A stretch of DNA of 63,741 nt, filler included, from Hausera hauseri (lineage: Eukaryota), in assembly GCA_046269625.1 (NCBI GenBank). It is 13 parts of 13 records of this genome, joined end to end, with 100 filler letters (N's around TTAATTAATTAA, not from the genome) between each part and the next. Parts side by side here need not be neighbours in the genome. Positions count along the whole stretch, not along the records: positions 23,514 to 28,985 come from JBJURY010247071.1; positions 29,086 to 34,624 come from JBJURY010233740.1; positions 34,725 to 39,492 come from JBJURY010442801.1; 10 more parts are not named here. One strand, 5' to 3'. Of this stretch, positions 23,414 through 36,630 are shown one piece after another. The position numbers and the translations under genes are program-made. Position 1 is the stretch's first letter. Each line of letters begins with the position of its first letter. The notes beneath the pieces were generated by a model, which saw only the letters and a program-made list of their open reading frames with translations, made no database searches and was not told the DNA's origin.

Positions 23414-24000
23414 NNNNNNNNNNNNNNNNNNNNNNNNNNNNNNNNNNNNNNNNNNNNTTAATTAATTAANNNNNNNNNNNNNNNNNNNNNNNNNNNNNNN
23501 NNNNNNNNNNNNNTTATAAAAGTTGACAGTGATTTGGTGTTGCGCAATAATACGTGATACATCGTCGATTTTTCTCAAAGGAAATATGGCAAAAATTGTC
23601 AGTTCATATGGCGTAGAAGCAGCAGCAACAGTTTTGCCACCAGAAGGAGCTAAAGGCCATCTAACATTGAAGTTGAAAGGATACAAGGATTCGCATGGCG
23701 TTAAATCACCAATATGGAAGCTGGGAAAGTTTATGCCGATTTGAGTTACTTTGTTTTTGATTTTAGCTTATAACTAATATTTTTTTATTTTGTTTTTCAT
23801 ATTGTTTCTCATCATGTTAAGTTAAGTATATAAATGTATATAGATAAATTAAATGATAATAAAGGAAAAACGCAAAAACAACGAAAAATATACATTATTT
23901 ATAAAAACACACACAAATCACAATGAAATGTCACAGTAAATTGGTCACTTTGATCTGTTTGTATCACCAGCACCGAATTCATGCATGTGCGTATGAGTGT

Positions 24001-26960
24001 TTATTCCAAACACCAATATTTGTAAGTACAACTCTTATTCCGCCCCATCCACTTACGCTTATCATCATTGCATGATAAAGCTACTTTTGTATTGATCATC
24101 GTATACAGCTGGTCCTCAATCGACAGCATTATCGTTTGTGACACAACAGCATTTGATTGTCCTTTTTCTTCATAGATACGGCGATAATCACTGTGGTTTA
24201 TTTCCGTCTGGGCCAACTGAAGTCCTTTGGCGTGGATTTCCTGCACACCATCAGTTAAAAGGCTGTAACATTTTGGCCGTAGAAATACCCATTCCCGATA
24301 CTGAAGCCGACGTTTACTTTCATCCTTGAAGCAGTTGATTTTGTTTCTGATGGCATTGCTGTACAATGGATGACTCTGTGGGTAATTTGACGTATCCAGT
24401 AATCCGTCTGCCATCATTTTCCGCAGTAGTTGTTCGCAATTGACGTTTTTCAGTCCCAAGAAGAAACTATCTATGTTACCGGCAATTATATTGATCATGC
24501 ATCCGCCGCAAATCATTTGCCGGTAACATGCCAAATCGCGATACTGCACCTCGTAGATTCGCAACTTGCTCAGATCCTATAATTTGGACGGTCCAGTACG
24601 ACTTCTTCCCTGTTTAATAGCACCGCAACCAATCCATCGGCAATATGCACTGACCGCCGAAACTGTGCCTTGTTGGTATGCGTAACCAGCCGCTTTTCCG
24701 CGTTACATTGGCGCACATTGATCCGCTTTTTCAGATTTTCAACTTTTTTTCCGTACAGATAATTGTTTTCAGATTGTAGTAGTCCTTTTCGAACTTTGTA
24801 CAAGCTGCGGCTCGTTACTCCGAATTTCCATCTATGTAAGCCTTGAATATGGGAGCCTGAGCAAATCGGATTGCACAATGCAGCTGTATGACGTGTACAC
24901 CAAGCTGCATGTAAAACTGTAGCTGACGCCAATGGACCACGTAATTCAGCTTCGGTTTATGCGTCATGAGCAGTTTTTTCACTTTTGAGCCTGGCGGACA
25001 TTGGTTAAATGGTGAGACCGGTAAATCGTCCAAAACGTCATGCAGCTCATCTGGTATCTTCAGATCGACCTCCATCAGGTATCCTACTATGCCTGCCATG
25101 TTTGCCCGTGATAGGTTGACCATTGTGTCGTCCAGATCTTGTCTGTCGATAACCCATTCAAATGAACTGCACGGCAAGGGTTGTGAAAGCTCCCAGACGT
25201 ACAGGTTATTAATATCAATATACAGCACTGATGTGGTATTGGTAGCACTGACCTGATGATTGTTAACAAATGTCATGCCTTCGCGAATAACAACATCAAA
25301 CAGCCGGTACATTTCCGGGTCTTGCAGCAGCTCAATATCTCGATCCAGTGACATTAGAGCGGACGCTCAACTCATTCCCGGTATGAAATAAAAATTGAGT
25401 GGCTCCAGCCTATCTTTCGCCAGCGCTTTGGTCTGAAATGCTTGAAACACGTCGGCTAATAAGTACACGACTAGTTTAAGATACTGTAGCATGTAATCCA
25501 ACATGTTTCTTCAGCTGAGTTTTGTCCAAGATTCTTACTCTCCCCGATATTCATCTTCTACGATACCCGTCCATCGCGGCGGTAATTCATCTGCAGTCCG
25601 GAGTCGCTCATATGATGTTGCAAAGTCATACAAAAATATGCCATTTATGCGTGCGATATGTGCAGGGAACTGCGTCAATGCTATGGGCTAATCTGGCAAA
25701 GCATTTACCAGCTTTGCCAATGATTCATTGAGAAATTGCAATGAATCAAGGAAGCATTCCTGGAATCGGTTTACGCGTGCCGACAGCGATAGGTATTTCT
25801 CCATTGTTGTTGGGATTATGGCCAGTTCCCAGTGCGGAAAGCCGTTAATGGCCATTTTGAGAATATGGTGACAGTCATAACCTCGGGAATTATGAAAGAT
25901 CACTGGCAGAAATGGTCGCACTCTCCTTGCTAAATTGCATGAATTGCATGCTGCTCCCAAGTATCGACCGGCGAAATGGTCGTGATATGGTACGAGCCGT
26001 TCCTGTGCATCAAACCGTAATATTTTGTGGCACAGATAGCATTCATCGGTGACAGCAAAAAGCAACGGTTCATATTTGTCTGCCCAAATCAGTGACTTTT
26101 TGCAATTGTTGCTATACCACGGAGCGATTTCCGTTTCCACTATGGTTTCCCACTGCTGCAGGAAATCACGTACACAGTTCCAACCATGGAAAACGTAATA
26201 ATGTAGTTGTCCGGCGGCTTTTATTGGTATTAGAAACATACCGACATCATATACATTGTGCCGTGGTACAATTGATCCGATATCGGCATAAACCACATAT
26301 GCCGGACTGTCCGTTTTAGATCAATCACTGAGTCTGAGCTGCTTTTTGACGGGCATGACGTACATTGTTGTCCCTAATGCGTTTTGTCTGCATAGCGTGA
26401 CATGTTTCTCCCACGTGGTTTCCGAATTGAATCAATGCAGACATACAGGATACCATTTGCATCGTATTTGCTTTTTGATGAACTGGCCATGCTCCATGTT
26501 CAACAGTCTATCCATATTTGTCTCTGCCACGTAATGAAATTTTTAGGCCTGCTCCACAACAAATTTAACAAGCGTCCATTTGGGTTCCGACTGCGATAAA
26601 TTATGTCCACATGGGGGTTCTTATAAATTTCTTCGTCTTCCGGTATTTCAACTATTATGTTATACCGGAAAACGTTGAGTGGTACCGCCAGATTACGCCG
26701 TTCAAAAGCCAGAATGGTTTTCAATTTCATCGGCATTCAGCATTCATAAAATTTCAATTCGGAAAAATACTTCCGATACTGATTTGGACGATGTGCATTG
26801 TGGTGCTCACCGCGGCCGGTGCCCTTTGGCCCATTTGGTTGGGTACGGCTGGGCGTCCGTTATCACCGCGTCGGATCCATAGTCTTGCCCGATTTTCCGA
26901 CTTTTTTTACCCATCTGAATCGTCCCAATTTCCTTGTCAGAAAGCCACAGCCACACAAAA
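24001..26960 (-). pseudogene. Polinton-type protein-primed DNA polymerase B with endonuclease VII-like insert
   Basis: VYADI (Exo I), HDHFAGRYLGAACNSCNL, VIFHNSRGYDCHH, FLDSLQFL, YIDINNLY, LYGKKVENLKKR, FLRPKCYS, KVALSCNDDKR; heavily frameshifted. Confidence 0.92.
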
Positions 26961-26977
26961 TTATTTCTCATTATCAC

Positions 26978-27450
26978 AACAAAATACAAACGGCGATCGT
27001 ACGCGGCATAAAAGTTTTACTTCGAATATAAAAAAGAGATGGACCGCTGGATGAATTGCAATGCAATGGATTCTGTACATGAAAATGGCGCACATTAGAC
27101 AATCGCTACAGAAGACGAGAATAAAACAGTTAAATAATTTCCGGAACCGATTCCAGAATCTTAGTATAAAGTGACCAAAACTCAAATCATCTAGAAGAGT
27201 TATCACTCATTTACCATCCATTGGTTTGAGTGAAGAATTGCGTTCAAAAATAAAAGTTAATTTTCCTGAATTTCAAAATCGTCAAGTGCCTCGATTGTGC
27301 GATCTCAATGATCCGAATGTTGATGTAATATACGTTAGCCCTGTTCCGATCAACGGTGAACTTCTGCAGTACTATTCCAAATTAATTGACTCGAAATCAG
27401 CCGTGGACACTGGCAATATTAATGATCAAAAATCTACAAATACAATGTAC
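26978..27450 (+). pseudogene. IQCH: IQCH (IQ motif containing H)-like gene fragment
   Basis: KRWTAG*IAMQWILY...NFRNR...SSRRVITHLPSIG...FQNRQVPRLCDLNDPNVDVIYVS...ELLQYYSKL matches my recollection of IQCH (RRTIIHIPSLG...[20 protein letters not shown]); two in-frame stops. Confidence 0.78.
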
Positions 27451-29211
27451 CAGATTTGCCGACCCTGTATATATCAATACGTGTAAACTTGTAAAATGTA
27501 AAGTGTTAAGATAATAAAAAAATTGACACGTACGTTTTTCGATTTAAAAATTTATTTTGTGTGCCATATTGTATTTTGAATTAGATTTCTCGATATTGAA
27601 AGATTTGTTGTCTCGTTTTTCAATTAGTGTTCATATTCAAACTGTTTATATATAAGCGAATTTAGAGGTTCCTAGTGAGGTCTTATTTTGATTGTTCCTC
27701 GGACTTTACGTATTCGATTGATTTATTCTGTGTCAAGTTATATAATAACAAAAGATTTGGATCGTTTATTCGGCTCTAGAATTCAAATTGATCAAATATT
27801 TCTGGTAACTGAATATAAAACCAAAGAAAAATTTCTACTCGCGGCAAATTTATGCGGAACTAGTCGAAATAATACCATTTACATAGAAAACATTCAAATT
27901 TCTCAGTCGGGTGGTTTCGGTTTAATATATTTCATTACTATATCTCAATTCAATGTAGCACGTAATGTTGAATGTAGAAGAATTGCGAAATGGTATAACA
28001 TTTGAAAGTTTTGATTTAATAAATTTATCATTACTTACAAATCATTTTCTCACATTGTTAATCGGTATAAAATATGATACTTGTAATTTTCATAAAACAC
28101 CCCTCTCCACACTCAATGTTCTTATCTTATAATAATGATATAAATTTAATTAACGGATCAAAAAAATCTCATACGATTCTGATCATTTAACATGAAAAGA
28201 CATGATAAATAACGTCTGCGTTCTGCTGTAAATGCATGCTTTCCTTGTTCTCTTCTAAAATGATGCTTTCTAACATAAGTTGAAGAAATACCTTTATGAT
28301 ATTATAATGCATTTTTATACGAAACTTTAATATTAATAAATTTCATAAGCACAGAATAAGAATATCATAGTCACATATATGTACAGTGGTTCTGGATTTT
28401 GATGAGAAAATTATAGACAGAAAAACTTAGACAAAATTATGTAAACAAATAACAAATTCAAAAATCAGAAATTAGGCCATATGTTGACATAGATCGACCC
28501 TAAACGTGGACAACTATTAATATTTTAAATTTGCTAAACCTGAAATATAAAATAATAGTTCAGCAGGTTATAATTTGTTTCAATCATACGAAGTATGTTA
28601 AACAATGAAGTATGTGTTAATTTTGTATTATTATTAATATTATATCACTATTTTATTAAATTTTTACAAAATTATGATTCTTGATAAGTTATTTGGACAT
28701 TTGTATAGCTTTGCAGCAGTGCGGTACGAATATTCTTTTATATAAGTACTTTTACCATTTTTTTTTCATAATTGCTTAACAAATAAACGGATTTTACTGT
28801 AAAAGAAACAATTTGCAATTTAAGTGACTTAAATATTTTAACATACATCTATTTCACTATTTTGATGGATTTATTTTATATGCTTGGAATTACTTTTAAT
28901 TTTACAAAAATGCTGACAAGGAAACGAATTTTACTTTAAATCTGGGTGGGGGACGACAAATATTCACAGAAATGTTCTCAATATANNNNNNNNNNNNNNN
29001 NNNNNNNNNNNNNNNNNNNNNNNNNNNNNTTAATTAATTAANNNNNNNNNNNNNNNNNNNNNNNNNNNNNNNNNNNNNNNNNNNNGTTTCGGATTGATCC
29101 AATCGGGGGATAAAAATAAGTACCGATTCACTTAATCGTGAAATTCACTTTTGTTTAAACGCATCACTTCAAATAAATCGGGGGCGGGGTCGGGTATCTG
29201 TACCAGAATTC

Positions 29212-29760
29212 TCATTTTTCTCTACTGATATTGATGCCTATATCATGATTGACGGCGCGTATATCGTGGATTGGATCACTCTCCAACAGGACGGCGAACA
29301 AATGTGGAGAAGATGTAGAACCGTTTAATGACGCTCTCATTACTAACAGAGTAGTAGACCAATCTCCTACACTCCAGGTTTTATAGCGCTGTGCAAATGC
29401 CAAGGGATCCTTGATGTTTTTGACCGACAAGCGAGGAGTAACTGACGGTTGGTGAGCTCTCAGGCCAAAATCATGCTGGAGACGGTGCCGGTTTGTTCGT
29501 GGATTAATGGATTGTGGTAACTGAATAGCGATGAATGACGATGATGCAGTTGGATCTTTGACTGCCATGCGCTTGATGACACGATCAGTAGCTGGCATAG
29601 TAACTCTTGGTCTTCTTTCTCGTCTTCTTTCTAGCCGGAAATGGGCCAGTTTCATTATATCGGGACAGGCATTTCTGTACCGCACTTCGAGATATCCCAA
29701 GTTGCTCTGTTAGTTGATGTTGTGTGTAGACTTCAACAATCTGAATGAATAATATGAGTA
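29212..29760 (-). pseudogene. Tc1/mariner transposase, N-terminal part
   Basis: RPRVT...TDRVIKR...RTNRHRL...GLRAHQP...PRLSVKNIK..LAFAQRYKTW...W: the Tc1 HTH2 region leading to the first catalytic Asp. Confidence 0.82.
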
Positions 29761-29984
29761 GAAGTATTACAAGCTCTTCTCGTGTGATATGGAAGATTAG
29801 ATGGAAGAATGAAAACTTCTATTCCACAACAACCCGTATTTATAGGGGCTGCCATGCATTGCAACTGTCTCATTCACTTTTAATATTATTGGTTCATGCG
29901 TTTTGTTAAGTTAGCTTGCGTTCTGCAGCCACGTTGCTTCAGTCTTGGCTAGGTACTGGGGGCACACTACACACATCTCTGAAT

Positions 29985-30125
29985 GATCTGGATGAGAAAA
30001 TGAAGCGAGTGTGGCAAACAAAGGTTGCTTCAGTATTGTGCTGAGTATTGTGCGTAACTGATTAAATCGATGCCGGACGCCTGGTAGCTGTGATTCGTGC
30101 CAGAGGTGGGACTACAAAATATTGA
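29985..30125 (+). pseudogene. Tc1 transposase C-terminal fragment
   Basis: SMP..(frameshift)..VAVIRARGGTTKY*, the typical Tc1 C-terminus. Confidence 0.7.
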
Positions 30126-30910
30126 GCATGATTTCTGTGTTAGTGACATTCCTAGGATATTTGTCTGATGTTACTGTGAGGCTTGCAAGCACAAAATTAG
30201 TTTGATTTAATAAAAAGTAGATTTGGTTTGAAAAAACGTGTTTTTTCATTATTGTTCTAATCTAATTGCCAGCATGGTACGTTTGGACATTTAATATTTG
30301 TTTACGAAATAAAAATACTTTAATATCGACTGTTACACCATATATGAACTTCGATTCATCGAATAATTTTTCAGTAACTATCTTTAATTTTTCTGTGAAA
30401 TTGTAATTTTGTGACCAACAACTTTTTCCAATCAATCCGGAAGCCTCGCCAACCGTTTACTCGTTTGCTCAATTGACATTCAAAGATTTTATCAAGCATA
30501 CTGATATAATTCTCATCAAGGGTCAAAATAATGATAAAACAATATTTATAATTAAATGTACCTTTAAATATTTCAGTGTTGGCTGTCAATTTTTAAACAG
30601 TTTTCTCTCACATGCTCCATTGGAAAGCTTTTCCAACCTCACCCAACATCGATATGTCGTACAACTCACCATCATTTTCATGTGTTGTTGATGTACATAA
30701 AGTTGTATTACCAGTAGCTTTTGTTATTCGTTTAAAATTATTATTAAATTTGTCAATTTATTGTTCAATACAAACATTTTATTTAAAGTTTTCTCTTAGT
30801 CTTATATTGATGTATAAGAAATATTGATGTATCCGCCAAAATATTCTAACTGAAATTCAAATTAAACTGTCGGTCATTTTTAAAAATAAGCTAAATAAAT
30901 AATCGTTTAG

Positions 30911-31057
30911 TTTAAACAAGTCGAAGAATATATGGCCTACAGAAAACTGCCACGAGCTTTGCGAGTTCATATAACCGAGTACTACGAACACCGTTATCAA
31001 GGGAAAATGTTTGATGAGGTGGATATTCTAAATGAATTATCAGAATGTCTGAGAGAG
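30911..31057 (+). CDS. HCN: Single 147-nt exon of an HCN (Ih) channel, C-linker
   Basis: tttag|[49 protein letters not shown]|gtaatt; intact, phase 0-0, canonical splice sites; not in the ORF track. Confidence 0.93.
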
Positions 31058-31332
31058 GTAATTACGTTTTTTTCATTGTTTTTGGATCAACAGTAGGATA
31101 CAAAAGATGTTTCTGGAACAGTATAAGTAGGGGACCCCGTGCATCGAATAAGAATCGTATTTAATACAAATGAGTTTGTATGATTGTTAAATGAGGTATG
31201 CCGAGTTTGAAGGTCAAAACGTCGACTTTAAGGCCGATTGCAAAAGGAAAATTTTCTCTAAGACAATAGTAGCAACTTTTCCGGGAAAAGGTGAGCAGGC
31301 ATGTGTAACACATGAAATTGTAGAGCAGGTAA

Positions 31333-31493
31333 TGTAGTTTGAATGTATTTAACACACTCAGGAAACTGTGTTGTATAAAATTACTAATGGAACAGAACTA
31401 TCTAAAATAAACTAAAAAGTGATAGTCTAATATGATTTTTTAAAACACGCTCTTTGATCTCTGTATTTAAACAACGTTATTGCTGCTCCAACA
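31333..31493 (-). repeat. Putative short 3' LTR (TGTT...TACA)
   Basis: Starts TG right after the pol stop and purine tract; shared with 53409-53550; right boundary inferred. Confidence 0.55.
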
Positions 31494-34400
31494 TCTTTCT
31501 AAAAGTCACGAAAACGCAGAGGAAGGCGCCGATCTCGTGGCGGGCGCCCAGCAGCATTGTCTGCAACCGGTAGTTCCTCTTTCCCGTTACTATGACGGTT
31601 TCCGTCAGCAGCGTCACTGTCGGCTGTCGTAGATTGCATGGCGTCTGGACCACTTTCTGCCGCCGGTGTCAGAGAATATGACGCTCTCGGTAGTGTTGAG
31701 GTGCAGAGTGGTGGAAGAGCAGCCATCGCATGATCCTCAGTGCTTGGAGGGTCCGTTGTGAATCGGTGTATTGCAGCATTCTCTGAGGTAACTGTGCAAC
31801 CAGCTGGTGTCGCTGCTGAACCACGTGGAGGCAGAATGTGGACTTGATCTGCGTGCCGCCGATGCACAGAACCGTCTTGTTGGTCAAGCACGCGGATGAC
31901 TCTAGCACCCTCTTTGCCACAGATGACACCTTGACAAAGGTGATTCTCCTTGCCATGGAAAAACGTGACTTCAATGGCATTTAGGTTCAGGCTGCTTAGA
32001 TTTCATCCCTTAAAGAGTAAAGCAGGTGGTTGCCTCGTCACTTCATGCGACATGATGCGGTATTGAAATAGGTAGTTGTCAATGCATTCTTCTAATGCTG
32101 TGAATGTAGGCGGGTTTGAAGAGTGTATAGATGATTTAAGTGACTTAATAAAATTCTCAGCTAGACCATTCGATTGGGGATGACGTGGAGGAGCAAAAAC
32201 TTGGCAACATCCTATACCTTTTAACCAGTTCTGAATTTCACTGCCTGTAAAACGTGTACCAATATCGCTGACAGGAACACGCGGAATGCCTTCACGCGAA
32301 AAGAATTTTCTCAAAGTCATTTTCGAAAATGAGGCAGATGCAGACAGTCAGGAAAACTTCAGGATATTTGGAAAAATTGTCAATGATCGCCAGTGCGTAG
32401 TATTTCCCGAGGAAGGGACCACAGTATTCAACGTGAATCCTGTTCATTGCTTCGAAAGTGCTTGGCCAAGGTTTCCATGAACAATGCGACTTTGGTTTGG
32501 CTTGGCAGCCGTTACACGATTTGATGTAAACATCGATGTCAGCATTAAGCTGGGGCCACCAACACAATAATCGAGCAAGCGATTTCATTTTATCTCAGCC
32601 CACATGGCCTTGATGTAGATGCTCTAGAATATCACTGCGGCATACTGGTGGAATAACGACTTGCTCACGAAACAGAAGCACCGCATCCACATCTACAGAA
32701 AGTTCATTCCGATACTTAAACAGAACCGGGAATCTTTTCTTGGCGTTTAGACTCCATCCGGATTTCAAGCAGTGGAAGGCTGAACCGTAAAAATTACGCG
32801 TTTCCAGAATCAAGCGATTTCGGTCAATGGGCACCGGATTGACTAGAAGAACCAATTCACCTCCATTTACTTCTGGCTTTTCAAAATTTGAAAACCGGGA
32901 CTAGAAATCAGCATTTGGAATTTGTTTACCAGGACGATGCACTATGTCATAATGATAGCTTGAAAGTTCCATTGCCCAACGCTGTAACATCAATGAAGTG
33001 CACCTTGATCAGTTACGATCGTAAATGCGACACCAAAAAGAAATTTGTGCAAGCGCTTTAATGGCCAAAGAATGGCAAGAGCCTCTTTTTGTGTCTGTAA
33101 ATAATATTTCTCAGTTTTGCTTAACAAGCGAGAAATAAAAACAACGGGACGTCCTTCTGTTCCAAAACAGCGCCTACGCCTACTTCGGAAGCATCAACAA
33201 CAACTTGTGACTTGGCAGTAAAACTAAAACTTTTCAGGACTACCTTGTCCTTCACAAGCTCTAGAAGCTTGCCATACGCAACTTCTGCAACTTTTTTCCA
33301 CGCAAACTTATCGGCTTTAATCAACTCAAACACCCGACTGGCAATGGTGGAAAAATGAGGGATAAACTTGCTATAGTATTGCACACAACAAACAAAAGAA
33401 AGTAACTTAGCAGCTGTTTGCGGAACTGGAGCAGACACAAGAGAGCGAATTTGGTCTGGGTCAACCTTTATATCCTGACTGTCAACACAATATTCTAAAT
33501 ACGGTAATGACGAGTCACAAAATACAGACTTATTAGCATTAATAAGAACATTCTTTTCAAGTAGACGCTCGAGCAGAGCACTAAGATAGGAATCATGAGC
33601 GTATTGTGTGGGAGCAAAGACAAGGATGTCATCTTGATAAGCATTGACGCCTTGTAACTCCTCAGGAAGTTTGTTAATCGCCTTCTGGAAAATTTCTGGA
33701 GCAACCTTCAAACCAAACGGTAGATAATTATAACGGAAAAGACCCCAGATGGTATTGATGGTGGTGTACTCCTTAGATCTTTCTTCCAATTGCGTTTGTA
33801 AATAAGCGTTTTGCAGGTCAACTTTAGAGAAGAATGAACAGCCACTCAAGCCTGATAACATTTCCTCAACATCCGGAGTAGTAAATGTAAAGCACTTCAG
33901 TAACATGTTTACCGTTACCGAGAAATCTTAGCAAACTCGAACTTGGCCAGTCGACTTAATTGCTGTAACAATAGGAGTGGCCCACGAACTTGACTCTATG
34001 CGTTCCAAAACGCCACAAGCAACTAGCCTACCCAATTCTTGCTTAACAGCATCACGCACACCAAAAGCTAATGGTCGAGCCTTGAAAAACTTTGCAGAAG
34101 GAGCTTCAATCAGCAACTCAACTGGGGAGATCTTCATGCCACCCTCAACTGTGGAGCATTCAGCAATACGTTTTTGCAGTCTCGTGGTCAGTATCGGCTT
34201 TATTAATTCCGTTTTCAGAATGCACTTAACTTGCAGAAAACGAAGACCTTTCAGGCCCAATATACACGGACCTTCATTTATTACCAAGAAATCTAACTCA
34301 ACAGGAGTGCCGCCTGAAAAGGAGACCTTGGTTGAAACTTCACCCTCAACTGACAGTCGATGATCTGTTATGCCTGATTCAAAAGTAGTGGTAGGTACTA

Positions 34401-34624
34401 GGTCTTTACGACTAAAGCCAGCAACTCGTAGAGCAATGGCATTTATAAAATTGACAGAGCTTCCCGTATTAACGATGAAATCAAAATGTCGACCATTGGA
34501 GAACCAGAGCTTCTCAACGATGCGATCAGGTGAACAGTTATTTATACCGAGAACCTGGAAGTCAGTATCAATACTCGATTGAATAAACTTAACCTGAGTC
34601 TGACGACAGACTTTACTGAGGTGA
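31333..34624 (-). mobile_element. Decayed Ty3/gypsy (Mag / K02A2.6-like) element, PR-RT-RH-INT with 3' LTR, copy 1
   Basis: SSWATPIV, FSKVDLQNAYLQ, AYQDDILV, VDASEVGVGAVL, IDNFSKYPEV, HPQSNGLAENF, C-term RDRRLPLRFRDF; near-identical to 50057-53550. Confidence 0.95.
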
Positions 34625-35079
34625 NNNNNNNNNNNNNNNNNNNNNNNNNNNNNNNNNNNNNNNNNNNNTTAATTAATTAANNNNNNNNNNNNNNNNNNNN
34701 NNNNNNNNNNNNNNNNNNNNNNNNCTGCGATCAATACCTCGGCCAAAGTTTAACCTTGGACGTCTCCATCTTCGTCTCAGCTGGCAGTCTGTGGTTGGTC
34801 TGCCGCACTGAGACCAGAAAGATGAAGCAAGGGAACTTCAGTTTGTGAAGCCACTTGGTGTCTTTGTGCTTTAGATGTTGTCCACGGCTCCTCTGAGTTC
34901 ATGACAAACTTCCTTGAGTAACATTTCCATCAACACCTAACAAAGACAGTGAGACATCATGAGTTTATGAAAACTAGAAACTGATTTGATGGACGAGATC
35001 ATGTTTGCCGTTTTTTGCTTTTCTTACATAGAGAAGATGTTTGTTGGCATTGGTCTCCTGCAGGGCATTAAAGATCTTG

Positions 35080-36610
35080 ATGATTCCAAATCTGGCATTC
35101 TGCTGGCAATGAGAGTCACATCAGCAAATTCCAGATCGATAATTCGGGCATTTGCACTCCAAGAGATGCCGCCCCCCGCGCTCCTCATGGCCTGGCGCAT
35201 TATAAAATCCATAGACAATATAAACAGCATGGGTGATAGAACGCATCCCTGACGAACACCAGTCTGAATTGAAAACTCTGCAGTGTAGCCCTCATCTGTC
35301 TTGATACACCAGCCAGAATCTGTATATAAATATTTTTTTTTAAATATGGTGATAAAATGCTGTGGTATGCTATAGTAATAAAGTATTGTCCAAATGGAAT
35401 TCCTATGTAGACTATCAAAAGCTTTGGTGAAATCGATGAAATTAAATAAAACTGGCCGCTGGAATTCAACGCTTTGCTCTATTATATTTCGCAATACAAA
35501 TATCTGTTCTGTGCATGATCTACCTGTTCTAAAGCCAGCCTGTTCTTCACGTAGCACCTCATCAACGGCGTCTCTAAGTCTAAGCAGTAATATTAAACAA
35601 AATACTTCCCCTGTGACTGACAGAAGTGTAATTACTCTCCAGTTATTACAGTCTAGAAGGTTACCTTTTTTAGGTAATCTTATAATCGTTCCCTGCTTCC
35701 ATTCCTTCGGCAACTCCCCAGTACTCCAACATTTGTTGAAAAGTGTCGTCAACGGTTCGATAACCACAGGACACCCAAACTTAAGCCATTCAGCTGATAT
35801 TTCATCACGCCCAGGAGCTTTGTTGTTTGATAATCGTTGTATTGCCAGTTGGACTTCACCATCGGTTACGTCTTCTAAGTCGACGGCCAGCTCAGGCATA
35901 TTTTGGATATTTTCAAAATCAAAAAGTGTTGTTGGGTCCAACTGGTTGAGAGTTTCTCTGAAGTGTTCTATCCATCTGGCATTCTGTGCGTCTTTGCTTG
36001 TTAAGGTTTTACCATTCTTGTCCTTTATAGGTCCACTGTTATGCAGGTTATTCCCTGTTAACTCCTTTACAATGCGGTATAAAGTTTTAGTGTCATTTTT
36101 GGAAGCTGCTATTTTGGCTTCGGTACCTTTCTTTTCCAACCATTCTTTTTTGTCATTTCGACATCTTCGTTTAACTTCTTTATCTAGCTCCCTGTATCGC
36201 ACATTGGCTGCAAGATTATCAACTGCCAAATCTTTACCGAGTTTAGCCTTTTTCCGGGCATCTATAATTTTCCACGTGTTGTCGGATATCCACCTCTCAC
36301 GAAACCGGCCTCTCTGTCTGCCGAGTGTTTCTTCAGCACTATTGGCCAAAATGCCACTGATCTTAACCCACTGACTGCCTGAGTCGTCGTCGGAGAGATT
36401 GGTCAAGGCATCAAACCTGTTTTTAAGTTTGGTTCTGAAGGAGTTAGCAAAGGGCGGTGTCCTTAAGTTTTTCTACAAAGAAGGCCCTTTTTGTTGTGGA
36501 TTTTTTGCACTTTTTAAGTTTAAGGCGGATAGATGCTCGGTGGAGGTATTGGTCGGTCCCTACATCCGCACCTCTTTGTGCTCGCACATCTAACAGCGAA
36601 CTGCGCCAAC
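35080..36610 (-). mobile_element. RTE-like LINE ORF2 fragment (APE C-term + RT to the FAD motif)
   Basis: DVRAQRGADVGTDQ, KAPGRDEI, LPKKGNLLDCNNWR, REEQAGFR.GRSC, FIDFTKAFDS, GVRQGCVLSP, DLEFAD. Confidence 0.93.
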
Positions 36611-36630
36611 GTTTCCCTATACAGATATAA

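Noticed and set aside
8966-26960. One composite element made of Polinton integrase/pentons, the ssDNA virus, gypsy and pPolB
   Set aside because: The parts are on different contigs separated by linkers; no physical linkage is shown.
27688-28560. Possible further host exons
   Set aside because: Protein-like patches with stops; no family could be recognised.
29212-30125. A single Tc1 element with an internal inversion
   Set aside because: The halves are on opposite strands but I found no matching TIR pair; they may be two unrelated fragments.
35394-36374. 326-aa plus-strand ORF, and similar ORFs at 50490-51035, 59121-59882 and 21558-22681
   Set aside because: Antisense shadows of the LINE, gypsy and repeat-protein frames.
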